A stretch of 63,991 nt of DNA, the filler included, from Ionaspis alba (lineage: Eukaryota), in the NCBI GenBank assembly GCA_964255285.1. It is 11 parts of 11 records of this genome, joined end to end, with 100 filler letters (N's around TTAATTAATTAA, not from the genome) between each part and the next. Parts side by side here need not be neighbours in the genome. Positions count along the whole stretch, not along the records: positions 47,189 to 52,906 come from CAXUUL010000986.1; positions 53,007 to 58,714 come from CAXUUL010000987.1; positions 58,815 to 63,991 come from CAXUUL010001034.1; 8 more parts are not named here. One strand, given 5' to 3'. Shown here in pieces: positions 49,413-59,533 of this stretch (position 1 is the first letter of the stretch; each line of letters opens with the position of its first letter). The notes under the pieces were generated by a model. That model was not told the origin of the DNA. It worked only from the letters and a program-made list of their open reading frames with translations, and searched no databases. A program made the translations under genes and the position numbers.

Positions 49413-50931
49413 TGCGAGACACATCCGGGCATAAGACGTTTCGCGTAAGGAGTATGCCTAGACCATGCTTGCTAATAGATCGGGTGCTGCTGTGATTCTA
49501 GACTTTCGCTTTGGCGTTTTTGGATTACCTTTGAGATTTGATATACCCCAGTCTGTTTGCTTAGACTGCATCTGCTTCGAGCGATAGATCAAATACAATA
49601 CGTGAAAATGCGTACATGGAAAATTTACATCTTATGAATGTGAGAACGATGTTTTGATACCGTTTCCAGAATGCTTTAATCTGTTATTTGCCGAGTTTGA
49701 TGACTTGTAAATAATACGCTTTCCCCCGGTCGAGCTACCCTTTCTGCAAAGCCGTTCTAAGTACATCTCCAGCCAAATCAACAATGCAGCCACTACCGGA
49801 CAAAATGAGCTGATTGACCAGAGTTCCGTTGTATGCTATGTACAACCTATGCTGGATTCAGAGTTCTAATACACAAGACGACCATTAACCACCGATGGGT
49901 GTTTGTGTCTCGGTCATTGTTTCAATCGTCTCATATCCAATCATACTCTCCAGGGTATCTCTGAACTCGCTTAAAAGCCAAACCCGGACAGAAGAGATCG
50001 AATTACAGTCAACGCCAAGCGTACACAAATGTGCCTTGAACAATCGACAATTGGTGTCATCGTAGTGACTGGTCTCAATCGTCGGTAAGATCAATCGTCT
50101 CAATAGGATCAAAAGGCTTGCGTCGTTTGAGAGCTGGCTGTTCGTCCCTGTCCATCCCCTTTCTCTTTTTTGCGGTGTCAGGTTCTACCTCATTCTTGAT
50201 GTCGAGTGTCTGTTCCAAATGGTTCAATCGTGTCTGCGCAAGAATGTCAGTGGATGGCCCTCAGTTGACACTGGACATAGCCTCGTAGGGCCAAAGCAGC
50301 GATCTCTCGCGCTGGCCCCAGAGACGTGCTTGCTGATAGTCTACTCTGGAAGACTCTACGATAGGATGCTTCGAGAGGCTTTGGAGGCGCTGAAGGTACT
50401 CTCGAGATACAGCCGAGCATTTCAAGTGCGGCTNNNNNNNNNNNNNNNNNNNNNNNNNNNNNNNNNNNNNNNNNNNNNNNNNNNNNNNNNNNNNNNNNNN
50501 NNNNNNNNNNNNNNNNNNNNNNNNNNNNNNNNNCTTTGGAGGCGCTGAAGGTACTCTCGAGATACAGCCGAGCATTTCAAGTGCGGCTGTTCAAGCAATA
50601 AGATGTAGGAACAACTTTTCACGTTTTTCTAGGGTTTTTTGGGGCAGGTGAAATTGTGAAGAAAATGCGATTGGCTAGTTTTGCGTTGCAACGGATATTG
50701 CAACCGCGCCTCGGGCGTGCAAAGCCATTCTTCTGACAGCACCTTCACTGCCCGATGATAGTCCAATAGAAACATTACAAGACTACATAGAACTACAATA
50801 ACAGGTTGGCTGCGACTCTTGTCTCTCCGAAGATAAAAACAGTCCTTCATTCGCTTTCAACTATCTAAGCTCGCATGCTGCCTTTCCGGAGAATGAGTTT
50901 GAAAACTTCGCTCATTGTTGAAAGGCAAACC

Positions 50932-52494
50932 CTAAGAAGAGCTTTTCTGAGACACCGCCCTCTTTGCCACCTTCCCTAAACGCTCCGCTATTGAATCTAA
51001 AAATGCACCCGTACCCCACTGCAACACATTGTCCACTTTAATAAAAAAGTCTAGCAGGCTCTCCAGCAACGTTCCATTACAAACCGTCAAGATGTACATG
51101 TTGTACTTGCGTACGCCATCCTCGAAAAGGGTGTAATGAGCCCAGAGCTGATGGATAGGACCTTCGGTGCAGATGGAGAAGAAAAGTGGAGGTGTTTGAG
51201 ATGGAACATGGGGATCGAGGACTGCGACGGCTGGAACGTCGGAAACAGTCGAATTTTCCACGAGCTCATCTAAACAAAGCTGGATCTTCAGCCCACAAGC
51301 CCCAGAGACAGCTGCCTGGTTCTCTGCTTCACATATCTGTTTGCCGGTCGAGTAAGCCTTGCCCTCAACAACAATAAACGGGAACATAAGATCTGACGCG
51401 CGTTCCGCAGGAGCTGCGATCAAAAGTGGTTCCTCAGGCCCGTCTTGGCGGCGACGTTTCATAAGTCTTTTGAGGTTTGCCAAAAGCTGCCAGGCCGCGG
51501 TGCTCGTGAGGTTCTGAGACGAGAGAACGGAATAGAGATCCGTATCTTGTATGCCAAGTGAGAAGTCGGGACGGGGAGTTTTGATGAAGGGAGGAGGAAG
51601 CATGCTGTCCAGCTGCTTGGGTGGGGCAGACTCCATCGTATCGCTCGTTGACGTTTGAGGAGACACGTATTTTGAACCTGCACCCTGCTGCTGGCGCTTC
51701 GGCAGTGGAGCTGAGTCGTCAACCTCTTGTTGCTGGTTACCAGCTAGGAAGTTGAAATTGAAGTTTGATGGCTGAATTGTTGGCTTAAGCTCCTCTCGCC
51801 AGTCAGCTTTCTTACGAAGGCAGAGGCGTTTGTGGTCCATAGCTAGAATAGCATCGTGCAACAAATCGACGCAGTCGTCTTCGCCGACGGCTGCACGGAC
51901 TGTTTTAGTACAGCCATCAAGGAATTTCTGAGCTATAATACGGAGTATAGATCGGCGCTCCTTGGAAGGATTGGGGCTGACTATACTGTTAATAACGACA
52001 TGGATGTTATCCGGTGGATGAGTATAGACGTGGACCCCGGCGGCTGTGAGATGGTTCTGGCGGTAGTGGGCGGCAGTGCCAGAAAAACGTTGAGTCGGAG
52101 TTGCGTCAGATGCGGCTGTGGAACGCCGTGATGACGACGAGGACCGTTTAATGCAACTGGAGGCTACAGAATCCATATCCTCGTTGAATATTTGCAAATT
52201 GGTCTCCGAGAGTATATCGGGTTTCCGTTTGGGACTAGCCGGCTGAGGAGGAGATGATGCTTGGCCAGACTGAACCTGGTGCCCGTTGACTTCCTGCGTG
52301 CGTTTCCGTCTGGGGCGTCTTAGCGGAGAATGTGATGCTTGACCAGACTGAGGCTGCAACTCATCGACTGCAATAGAAGCCCGCGTGCGCCTCCGCTTAG
52401 AAGGGGGGGGTTGGGGAACAATTGATGGCTGAAACTCATCGGCTTCAAGGGCTCGCGTGCGCTTCCGTGTAGGAGAATTGGAAAGTAAAACCAT
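50932..52494 (-). CDS. Fungal protein with PD-(D/E)xK-like motif, uncharacterised
   Basis: Intronless ORF with a basic NLS-like N-terminus; KTPRPDFSLG...FPFIVVEGK...EAENQAAVSGA; FFSICTEGPIHQLWAHY. Confidence 0.75.
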   Translation of the reverse strand: MVLLSNSPTRKRTRALEADEFQPSIVPQPPPSKRRRTRASIAVDELQPQSGQASHSPLRRPRRKRTQEVNGHQVQSGQASSPPQPASPKRKPDILSETNLQIFNEDMDSVASSCIKRSSSSSRRSTAASDATPTQRFSGTAAHYRQNHLTAAGVHVYTHPPDNIHVVINSIVSPNPSKERRSILRIIAQKFLDGCTKTVRAAVGEDDCVDLLHDAILAMDHKRLCLRKKADWREELKPTIQPSNFNFNFLAGNQQQEVDDSAPLPKRQQQGAGSKYVSPQTSTSDTMESAPPKQLDSMLPPPFIKTPRPDFSLGIQDTDLYSVLSSQNLTSTAAWQLLANLKRLMKRRRQDGPEEPLLIAAPAERASDLMFPFIVVEGKAYSTGKQICEAENQAAVSGACGLKIQLCLDELVENSTVSDVPAVAVLDPHVPSQTPPLFFSICTEGPIHQLWAHYTLFEDGVRKYNMYILTVCNGTLLESLLDFFIKVDNVLQWGTGAFLDSIAERLGKVAKRAVSQKSSS

Positions 52495-53006
52495 GCCCCA
52501 TGGAAATAGCGAGCGAAGACAGTTGAATACCTGGTCGTAGCGCAAATCAAGGGATACAAGGGGATGTCTCAGCGTGAAATGGGATATAAAAAACTGGTAA
52601 CTGGCAATTAGTAAGGTAGGCACAGCGCTAAACCTAACTCGTACAAAGCTCGCTTACGTGCACTGATACTGAAACTTTCACGAGAGCTTCACGCATAGCC
52701 ATCACATAGCTCATTTGTATCTACACGAACTACCAACCCTCTAAGGCCAACGGTCTCTCTTCCACTCCCCCTCCTCATCAGTCCAAGGAGATAGCAGGAG
52801 ACCTCGGGGAAGTACCTCTATCTCTCAGATTGCCTACTAGTGGCTGAAGAAACTGAATGATCTCAGACAGCACTGACCAGTGCCAATCAAGTAAGGACGA
52901 ATAGAGNNNNNNNNNNNNNNNNNNNNNNNNNNNNNNNNNNNNNNNNNNNNTTAATTAATTAANNNNNNNNNNNNNNNNNNNNNNNNNNNNNNNNNNNNNN
53001 NNNNNN

Positions 53007-53154
53007 ATTTAATTATATTGAAGCTGTTTAAGTATTTTATTTTTTTATATATTATGTATATTTACGGAACTATAATTTATTGAAATTTCGTGATTTTGGT
53101 AAAAAGTTAGGTGTCCGGATATTAGCGTGTGTCCGAGTACTACGGGGGACACTG
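53007..53154. mobile_element. Terminal fragment (probable TIR) of a Tc1/mariner-pogo-like DNA transposon
   Basis: Very AT-rich stretch ending GTGTCCGG..GTGTCCGAG..GGGGGACACTG followed by TA. Reverse complement reads TA|CAGTGTCCCCC, matching the CAG(T) terminus and TA target site of this superfamily. Confidence 0.6.
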
Positions 53155-53472
53155 TACCAGCTATAACTACTCCGCTATCCATTGCAATCGAAGCAAGCAT
53201 TGTATCAACTTCTTCTGTTTACAACTCTTTACAATAAGTCATAACATAGAGTCTGATAAGAAATACAATACCTGTCGTACGATGTCTTGTATTCATGTTT
53301 CGGCTCGCATCTAATTCCCAAACATTGGCCCAGAGACACTTATCCCAATAATGGCGGAGGGTTTCCAATAAGGCTCGGTACAGTATAGAGGGTCTATCCA
53401 CATGATAAATGAAGACGTGAATTCGGCATCACCAGCCGTCCGATACCGTGAATGTGAAGAACGAGATTAGGG

Positions 53473-55447
53473 TCAGCCCACTGGCAGTCGAGGACTCTTT
53501 TCACCCGAGGAACTTGGATCCCCTGGTGATGAAACTTTGAAACGGTTCATACCCGGCTTTTCTCCGATTGTAGGAGTGGATGCACGTGGCCTAAGGAGAA
53601 GAACTGGTTCTTCCCCATTTTCATTGAGGGCGTTGAATCGCTGCACAGGGCGCTCCGTCATCTTGAAATAATGTTCTTTGCCACGGCTCGTGATGGTCAG
53701 GCTATACCGGTCGGGGTTCCCGCAAAGACCATATTTCTCAATGAGCTTACGAAGGACGAATGATGTTGATTCTAATTCATAATTTCTGGTTTCCAGAATA
53801 AATGGCAGTGGATTTTCAGCTGGCCAGGGATCGTTATCAGATAAGCCAAAGTCGGTCAACCGCACTTCCTTCGGGCCTGGCAACCGTCTTCCAGGCGAGT
53901 TCTGTGACCTGGTCGCAATACGCTGATTTCTCCGGAGCACAAAGCTTGGCTTCTTTCCCTCCTCAGCTTGCTGCCTGAACAAGCGGAGAGGCGTTTCTTC
54001 CAAATCAAGGCAGCGTTCCTGATCATCGACGACTAGATACAGATCGTAATCACGCCAATCGGCAGTGATATTGTGCTTCTTCAATGCGGCAGGGAGAACT
54101 TTGTATGTAGGATCGTCCATAGAGACTCGAAATTTCTTGAGAATTTCGACGCCGGGACTGTTGAGTGGTGGGACCTCAGGTTGCTCTTGCTTGGACTCCT
54201 GGCTGGGGGATGGCTCATCTCTTCTCCATAATGGAGATGTCGGGCCTGGATTGCTTTGAGATGGCTCATTCACTCTACCTGTTGGAGATCTTGGGCTTGA
54301 AGTGCTTGGAGGACTCGGCTCCGACCATGGGGTCGGGGTCGAGTGTAACGTTGGATGGTGTGCAGCTCTGCGTGCCTTCCGGCCTAGGGATCCCGCTGGA
54401 GACTGGACAGGACCTCCCGGGGGCGAATCGTCAATGGCACTTCGTTGAAAGCTTGCGTTAACCTGATCCATCGGACTATCACGGTCGTAAATCGTCGGAT
54501 CAATCAGCCTGCTCAGCCGATGACCCTCCTGGGTCCATCTCTGTAGTAGATGGATGGGTTGAGACTGAGTATCAGTCAAAGACGACCCATCATCGACTGG
54601 CCATTGCTGAATAGCCGACGGTCGGTCACTAGATATTATATTGTTGAACAGTAACGAATTCCGATGCTTTGTTGAATCTTGAGAATCCACGTTTGGAGAT
54701 AACAGCACTTCGTTCATTATGACAGATCTTCGATTAGCACGGCGCTTCGTTACCGGGCTGGAGAGAAAATCTGGAGAGCTTGATCTATCGTTGATAGATG
54801 CCGCATCTACTCCATCAAAATCTCCGTTGGTTTCAGCATCTTCATCCTCTAATCTCTCAAGCTCATCTACACAGCACCTTCGTGCGAGAAGGAGACTCTG
54901 CGTTACAGCCTGCTGCCGTTCGTCTTCCTTCTGTGTTTCAACGGTCGGAATGCTGCACACATCAGTGGCTGTAGTAGATCTTTCGCTACGACACTTACTC
55001 GCGAGAGGCAATGTTCTCTGCAAACAGCAGAGTCATCAACATACAGGACAGAGTGAGCTTGGCAGACTCGAGTGTCTTTCTTAGCAATTGAACCTTCGAC
55101 CGCTTGAGAGTCCAAGCTAGGCGTGCCATAAAATTTGGCTCCGCATTCTTCTTCTTCAAGCCACTAAGAATTTGCTCGATCTCCTTAAGAATTGGATCGC
55201 ATTGCTTCGTAATCGATTCAATACCGAGAAGTGCAGTCATTGAGTATCGAACACTCTTCTTCGCCTTCGATAACGTAGCTTCGACTTGCTTAAGCACAAC
55301 ACAGAACTGAGAGACTTCTGTACCGAGGGCAGCCATCTCCGAGGCTGCGGCTCCTACGATACTAACGAAATCGAAGATCGCGATTGATATCTTGGCGCCT
55401 GCTCCAGCGATACCAATAACGCTGGCAAGCGCTCCTATTTCCGCCAT
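53473..55447 (-). CDS. HeLo-like (fungal STAND N-terminal) domain fused to two Ste50-type Ras-association domains
   Basis: Exon 1 MAEIGALASVIGIAGAGAKISIAIFDF...RLAWTLKRSKV. A 46-nt intron 54953-54998 (GTAAGT..CTGAT..CAG) joins in frame to an exon with VEILKKFRVSMDDPTYKVLPAALKKHNI...KPSFVLRR and a second diverged copy. Confidence 0.82.
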
Positions 55448-56476
55448 ACTGGATATTCTAGTCTTCTCGTTACCGTAAAACAGAATTAGGGATGAGAAGT
55501 CATGTTCTTGCAACAGTCTTTTCCCCTGCAGCAGGGTGAGGCATATCTCGACATCGTGAGGCTGAGCGGCAGGCTTCTATCTCCCCGGGACGCCAAGGCT
55601 TAGACCTGGCCGAGCCACAAAAATTGCGAGGCTATCCAGGGCATTCTTCCGCCGAAGAAACAGACATCGAGCGATGTGATCCAAATGGCAACCGCTATTC
55701 ATGATTAATGAAAGTCTCCTGTTCTAAGGATTACGTCTTTACGGAGCTCGATCAACAGTGATGATTTTTAGGGAATTGGCGTCTTTAAGCCCTCAGGGGC
55801 TGAGTATCCGTACGAGCATAATTGCCACAAGTGTTGCTTCAGGGGCTCCTCGCCAGTGCTTTTAGGGAGGTCACATTAGCGAACAGCCCCCTGGGGCCGT
55901 CTGCTTCGCTAGCTACTGTGGTTATGTCTCGGCAACGATTTAAGTGACCCCGCCCTTGTCACGAAGCAGACCCCTTGTCTCAACACTATGTTATACTAGG
56001 TGACAATTTAGATTATGGCGGTGATTTCGATGAAAGCTCATGCCTCGAAGGTCTACTTGCACCATTGGGCAAGAACAACAGCAGCAGCTCAACCCACCAG
56101 ACTGCTAAGTGAGGACTCGAGAAATCCTGCTGCCGACTTACAACACCTCTCGTGCCAAAGTTTTGTTCTGGGAGTATCATTTGGAAGGGGTACAGCTGTG
56201 AGCATTAACATTTTGATAGTCTCAAATGATCTTCTTATGAATTATCTCAAAACTCTTTGCTACAAACGGAGCTTAATTTATAAGATCGAAGGGCGAGTAC
56301 ACAGCACTCGCGCGGGCACATACTAAACTAAAAATCAGAAGTGTTAGAGAGAGGGTTGCAGATGCAATATGTTCATTTCCGTGTCCGACCAAACTCAAGC
56401 GGGTATGAGTAGAACCTCAACCTAGACAAAAGAATCACCAACAGCTTTCTCCTTGCGTCCGCGCAAGCATCAAGTG

Positions 56477-56878
56477 TTACCTCTCCATCGCCCGCTCAAA
56501 GCCATGGAGCGCCTTTTGAAACGCTTCGTATGCTTCTGCCTCTTCTCTATAGGCTTCTCTGGCTGCACAGAGCTTGCACAAGCGGACAGCAACGTCAACA
56601 TCCTTGTCACTTTCACCATAGATCCAAGAGATCCAAGAGTGTAGTTTATCATGTGCATGATGTCGGAACGCCGAGTCCGGAGCCTCCCAATTTTGCTTCG
56701 GCGGACCAATCTTCTGGTCGGTGAGTTCCTTCTCTATAGAGGGGCCGTCGGTCTTGGGATATTGGCCGGGGTAAACTGTTGCGAGTATTTGCCCCATTAA
56801 GGTCAAGGGAAGATCGCAGAGCTTCAGGCCGACTATTAGGTAATCGGTAGAATTGAAAAAGGAATGTGGCTTGCTCAT
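56477..56878 (-). CDS. Orphan hypothetical protein
   Basis: 133-aa ATG-initiated ORF with protein-like composition; no family recognised. Confidence 0.45.
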   Translation of the reverse strand: MSKPHSFFNSTDYLIVGLKLCDLPLTLMGQILATVYPGQYPKTDGPSIEKELTDQKIGPPKQNWEAPDSAFRHHAHDKLHSWISWIYGESDKDVDVAVRLCKLCAAREAYREEAEAYEAFQKALHGFERAMER

Positions 56879-57275
56879 GTCCGTTCGCCTGACTCTGGAC
56901 AGTGATGGTTTGGTGTGGTCGCCAGATGAGGGTGTGCATGGTGGATCGAAATGGCTTGTTGTGTTAGAGGATGACGTGACTTCGTTGCTGGATTGGACTC
57001 CTTTNNNNNNNNNNNNNNNNNNNNNNNNNNNNNNNNNNNNNNNNNNNNNNNNNNNNNNNNNNNNNNNNNNNNNNNNNNNNNNNNNNNNNNNNNNNNNNNN
57101 NNNNAATACAAGCTAGCCTCTTTTGCAGAATAACCAAGAGATCCAACAAGACTCCTAACTCCAGAGCATACATCTCTATCAAGCACCTCTCTCCCTCCTT
57201 CCGCAGACCCAGCGACCTATTCTTCCAGTTCTCGACGTACCAAGTCGTACAAGTTGCTCGGGGAAAAGAAAGCAA

Positions 57276-57920
57276 CTACTTCGATGGCTGTCCAAAAAGC
57301 GCCCTCTCGCGATCACGCTGGCGCTGTGCAGCCGCTGCGTTAGCGGCGTCCATCTGCAGTCGTCGAGGATCTTGAACGGGCTGTGGCGGCGGTATTCCCC
57401 ATCGCTCTCTCAACTTCCTTCTGAATTCGTCGATGGAACGGTCCCAATCCGCATTGTTCCTCCGGATACAGACCGTTTTCTCTGCCAAATCCTTCGCACG
57501 TCCATGCTTGCATCTATCGAACGCGCGGTGGAGCTCTCGGTGCCGACCTTTCAAGGAGTCCGAACTGGCGCGCAGCAATTTCTCAGCGTGCTCTTTGTCG
57601 GGTATCGCTCGTATCTCGTCCACCGTGTATTTTTGGTGAGCTGGGTAGACGTAATAATTGAAGACTGCTATCTGCGCCTCCTGAACAATGTTATCACCCA
57701 TAGCACGTGGACCTCCTCCCATGCTGTAAGTATTGACCTCGTCTAAGTTGCATAAATATTCCGTCATTATTATGGAGTCAACGACAGCGTCTCGCTTCCC
57801 TGGGCCGAACGTGAAATCCCATGGTTGGTCTGTTGGTGCTTCCGCCGCGACGTTGGATACAGCCGAGGTGGATGGCTGTCCTTGAGATAGCTGGAAGGGA
57901 CTCTTCTTGTCTGTAGGCAT
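57276..57920 (-). CDS. Orphan hypothetical protein (214 aa)
   Basis: ORF from MPTDKKSP with good start context (AAAGATATG), preceded by a CT-rich leader and a TATA-like element near 58120. Confidence 0.6.
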   Translation of the reverse strand: MPTDKKSPFQLSQGQPSTSAVSNVAAEAPTDQPWDFTFGPGKRDAVVDSIIMTEYLCNLDEVNTYSMGGGPRAMGDNIVQEAQIAVFNYYVYPAHQKYTVDEIRAIPDKEHAEKLLRASSDSLKGRHRELHRAFDRCKHGRAKDLAEKTVCIRRNNADWDRSIDEFRRKLRERWGIPPPQPVQDPRRLQMDAANAAAAQRQRDRERALFGQPSK

Positions 57921-58814
57921 ATCTTTGTTGCGAGGGAAAGAGGTGGTGAAGAGGTACTGATAATGGTAGATGAAGGTGAGGTTTCTATCTCTCAATAGCG
58001 GTATTTGTTTCTTAGGAGCGGGAAGTGGTTGATTAGTGATAGCAGGCTCTCTATGCAGATGTGATAACTGATACTCAGGAGGTATAGCAAGAAAAACATA
58101 CACGGCAGAACGACCTGCATTATATAGAAACAAAGGCATTGTGTGAAGTACAATGGAGGTAAGAAAGACCACCTTTGTGAAGATGGCTGCATTGTGAAAT
58201 AAAGAAAGACCACCATTGTGAACACAGCTGACCTAAACGCCCGCACGTGTTTTCTGCTTGTCAAGGAAAGCCGACTGTGGTAGCAACTCACTGGAAAGAA
58301 GTGAGAAAGCTGCAATGAAGGACTGGCGGCTCGATGCGAACTATCTTCCAGGAACATGGAAGTAATATTGTCTGTGTTTCGGCCAACAACAAGACATGAC
58401 AGAATGGAAATGAACGAAAACTCCATTCAAGAAAGCATCAAAGTACCATCAAGCGTCCGTCAAGCATTCACGGTACATTGAGAAACCCACGACTCAACAC
58501 AGCATCAAGATCAACGTTGGATAGATCTAGTATCCAACAAATATGCATCGTAAGTCGAGACACCCACATACCGTATTCACAACAAATCATCATATCAATA
58601 CATCTCACCATATCCTCCCTTCACTTTCGCCCCCCACCCATCAGTACTGTCAACACTCACAACACCCACGACCGCACCACACTCCCACACTCCTAAACAT
58701 CCACCCCCCTCACCNNNNNNNNNNNNNNNNNNNNNNNNNNNNNNNNNNNNNNNNNNNNTTAATTAATTAANNNNNNNNNNNNNNNNNNNNNNNNNNNNNN
58801 NNNNNNNNNNNNNN

Positions 58815-58976
58815 AGCGGGATGTCGCCTATTGTGGCGGGCGTGGTGGGGGCAATGGTGACGCTGGCCGTGATTTTGGGACTGGAGGCGCTGGTTTTGCT
58901 GGTTGCGGGGTTGAGAGTTGTGAGTCGGAAGAGGGTTGCTGGGAAACTGGCTGCAGGATCGGATGTTAAGGCTTGA
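58815..58976 (+). CDS. C-terminal fragment of a single-pass membrane protein, possibly a histidine acid phosphatase
   Basis: Frame open from the spacer: SGMSPIVAGVVGAMVTLAVILGLEALVLLVAGLRVVSRKR...*. It resembles, from memory, the membrane anchor of fungal histidine acid phosphatases. Confidence 0.5.
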   Translation, partial: SGMSPIVAGVVGAMVTLAVILGLEALVLLVAGLRVVSRKRVAGKLAAGSDVKA

Positions 58977-59533
58977 TACATGAATGGATTTTGTGGGTGT
59001 GAAGTTTGGAATGAGGCTTAGCATGATGAACAGGATGATTTGAAAACAACAATAAAACCCTATGCAAGAGGAAGGCAAGAATACCCTCACTGCCATGCAT
59101 TTGTATTTCTTATGTAATATACAATATCACCCCTCGCTCCCACCCTATGGATATCACGAATCACCCTTCCCATCCCTCCCACGTCCCACCAAACCACGAC
59201 CATCTCCTCTCCCAAAATAAGAAACAACAACACACAAGAAAGATGTGCCACATACCGCTAGACATCGATACGGATCCCATCGAACTCATCCTCGCCATGC
59301 ATGCATGCACAACTGCTCTATGGTATAGAACGACAAGGATAGGATATCAAGCACCAAGAACCACAAAGACCACATCTTCCCTCGTCCGAGACAAAAACGT
59401 CGCCCGCCCGCATGCACGCGGAAGAACACAAGAAGGCGAACGACAATCGCCCGCACCGCCCCTCGAACATATCAAGGGATGGTAGAAAATACAATGACCA
59501 CAACCAGTCCCCTACCCTCTTCCGCGGAGACAA

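Larger units (their letters stand above)
5865..58814. other. Ten artificial contig-joining spacers N44-TTAATTAATTAA-N44
   Basis: Spacers start at 5865, 11826, 17737, 23645, 29546, 35431, 41268, 47089, 52907 and 58715. The 12-mer puts stop codons in all six frames. Confidence 0.97.

Noticed and set aside
50379..50588. Perfect 55-bp direct repeat flanking a 100-N gap (possible LTR or target-site duplication)
   Set aside because: The copies abut the gap on both sides, typical of an unmerged contig overlap.
50932..53156. Nuclease-like gene apparently next to a transposon TIR, suggesting one mobile element
   Set aside because: They are separated by an artificial spacer and lie on different contigs.
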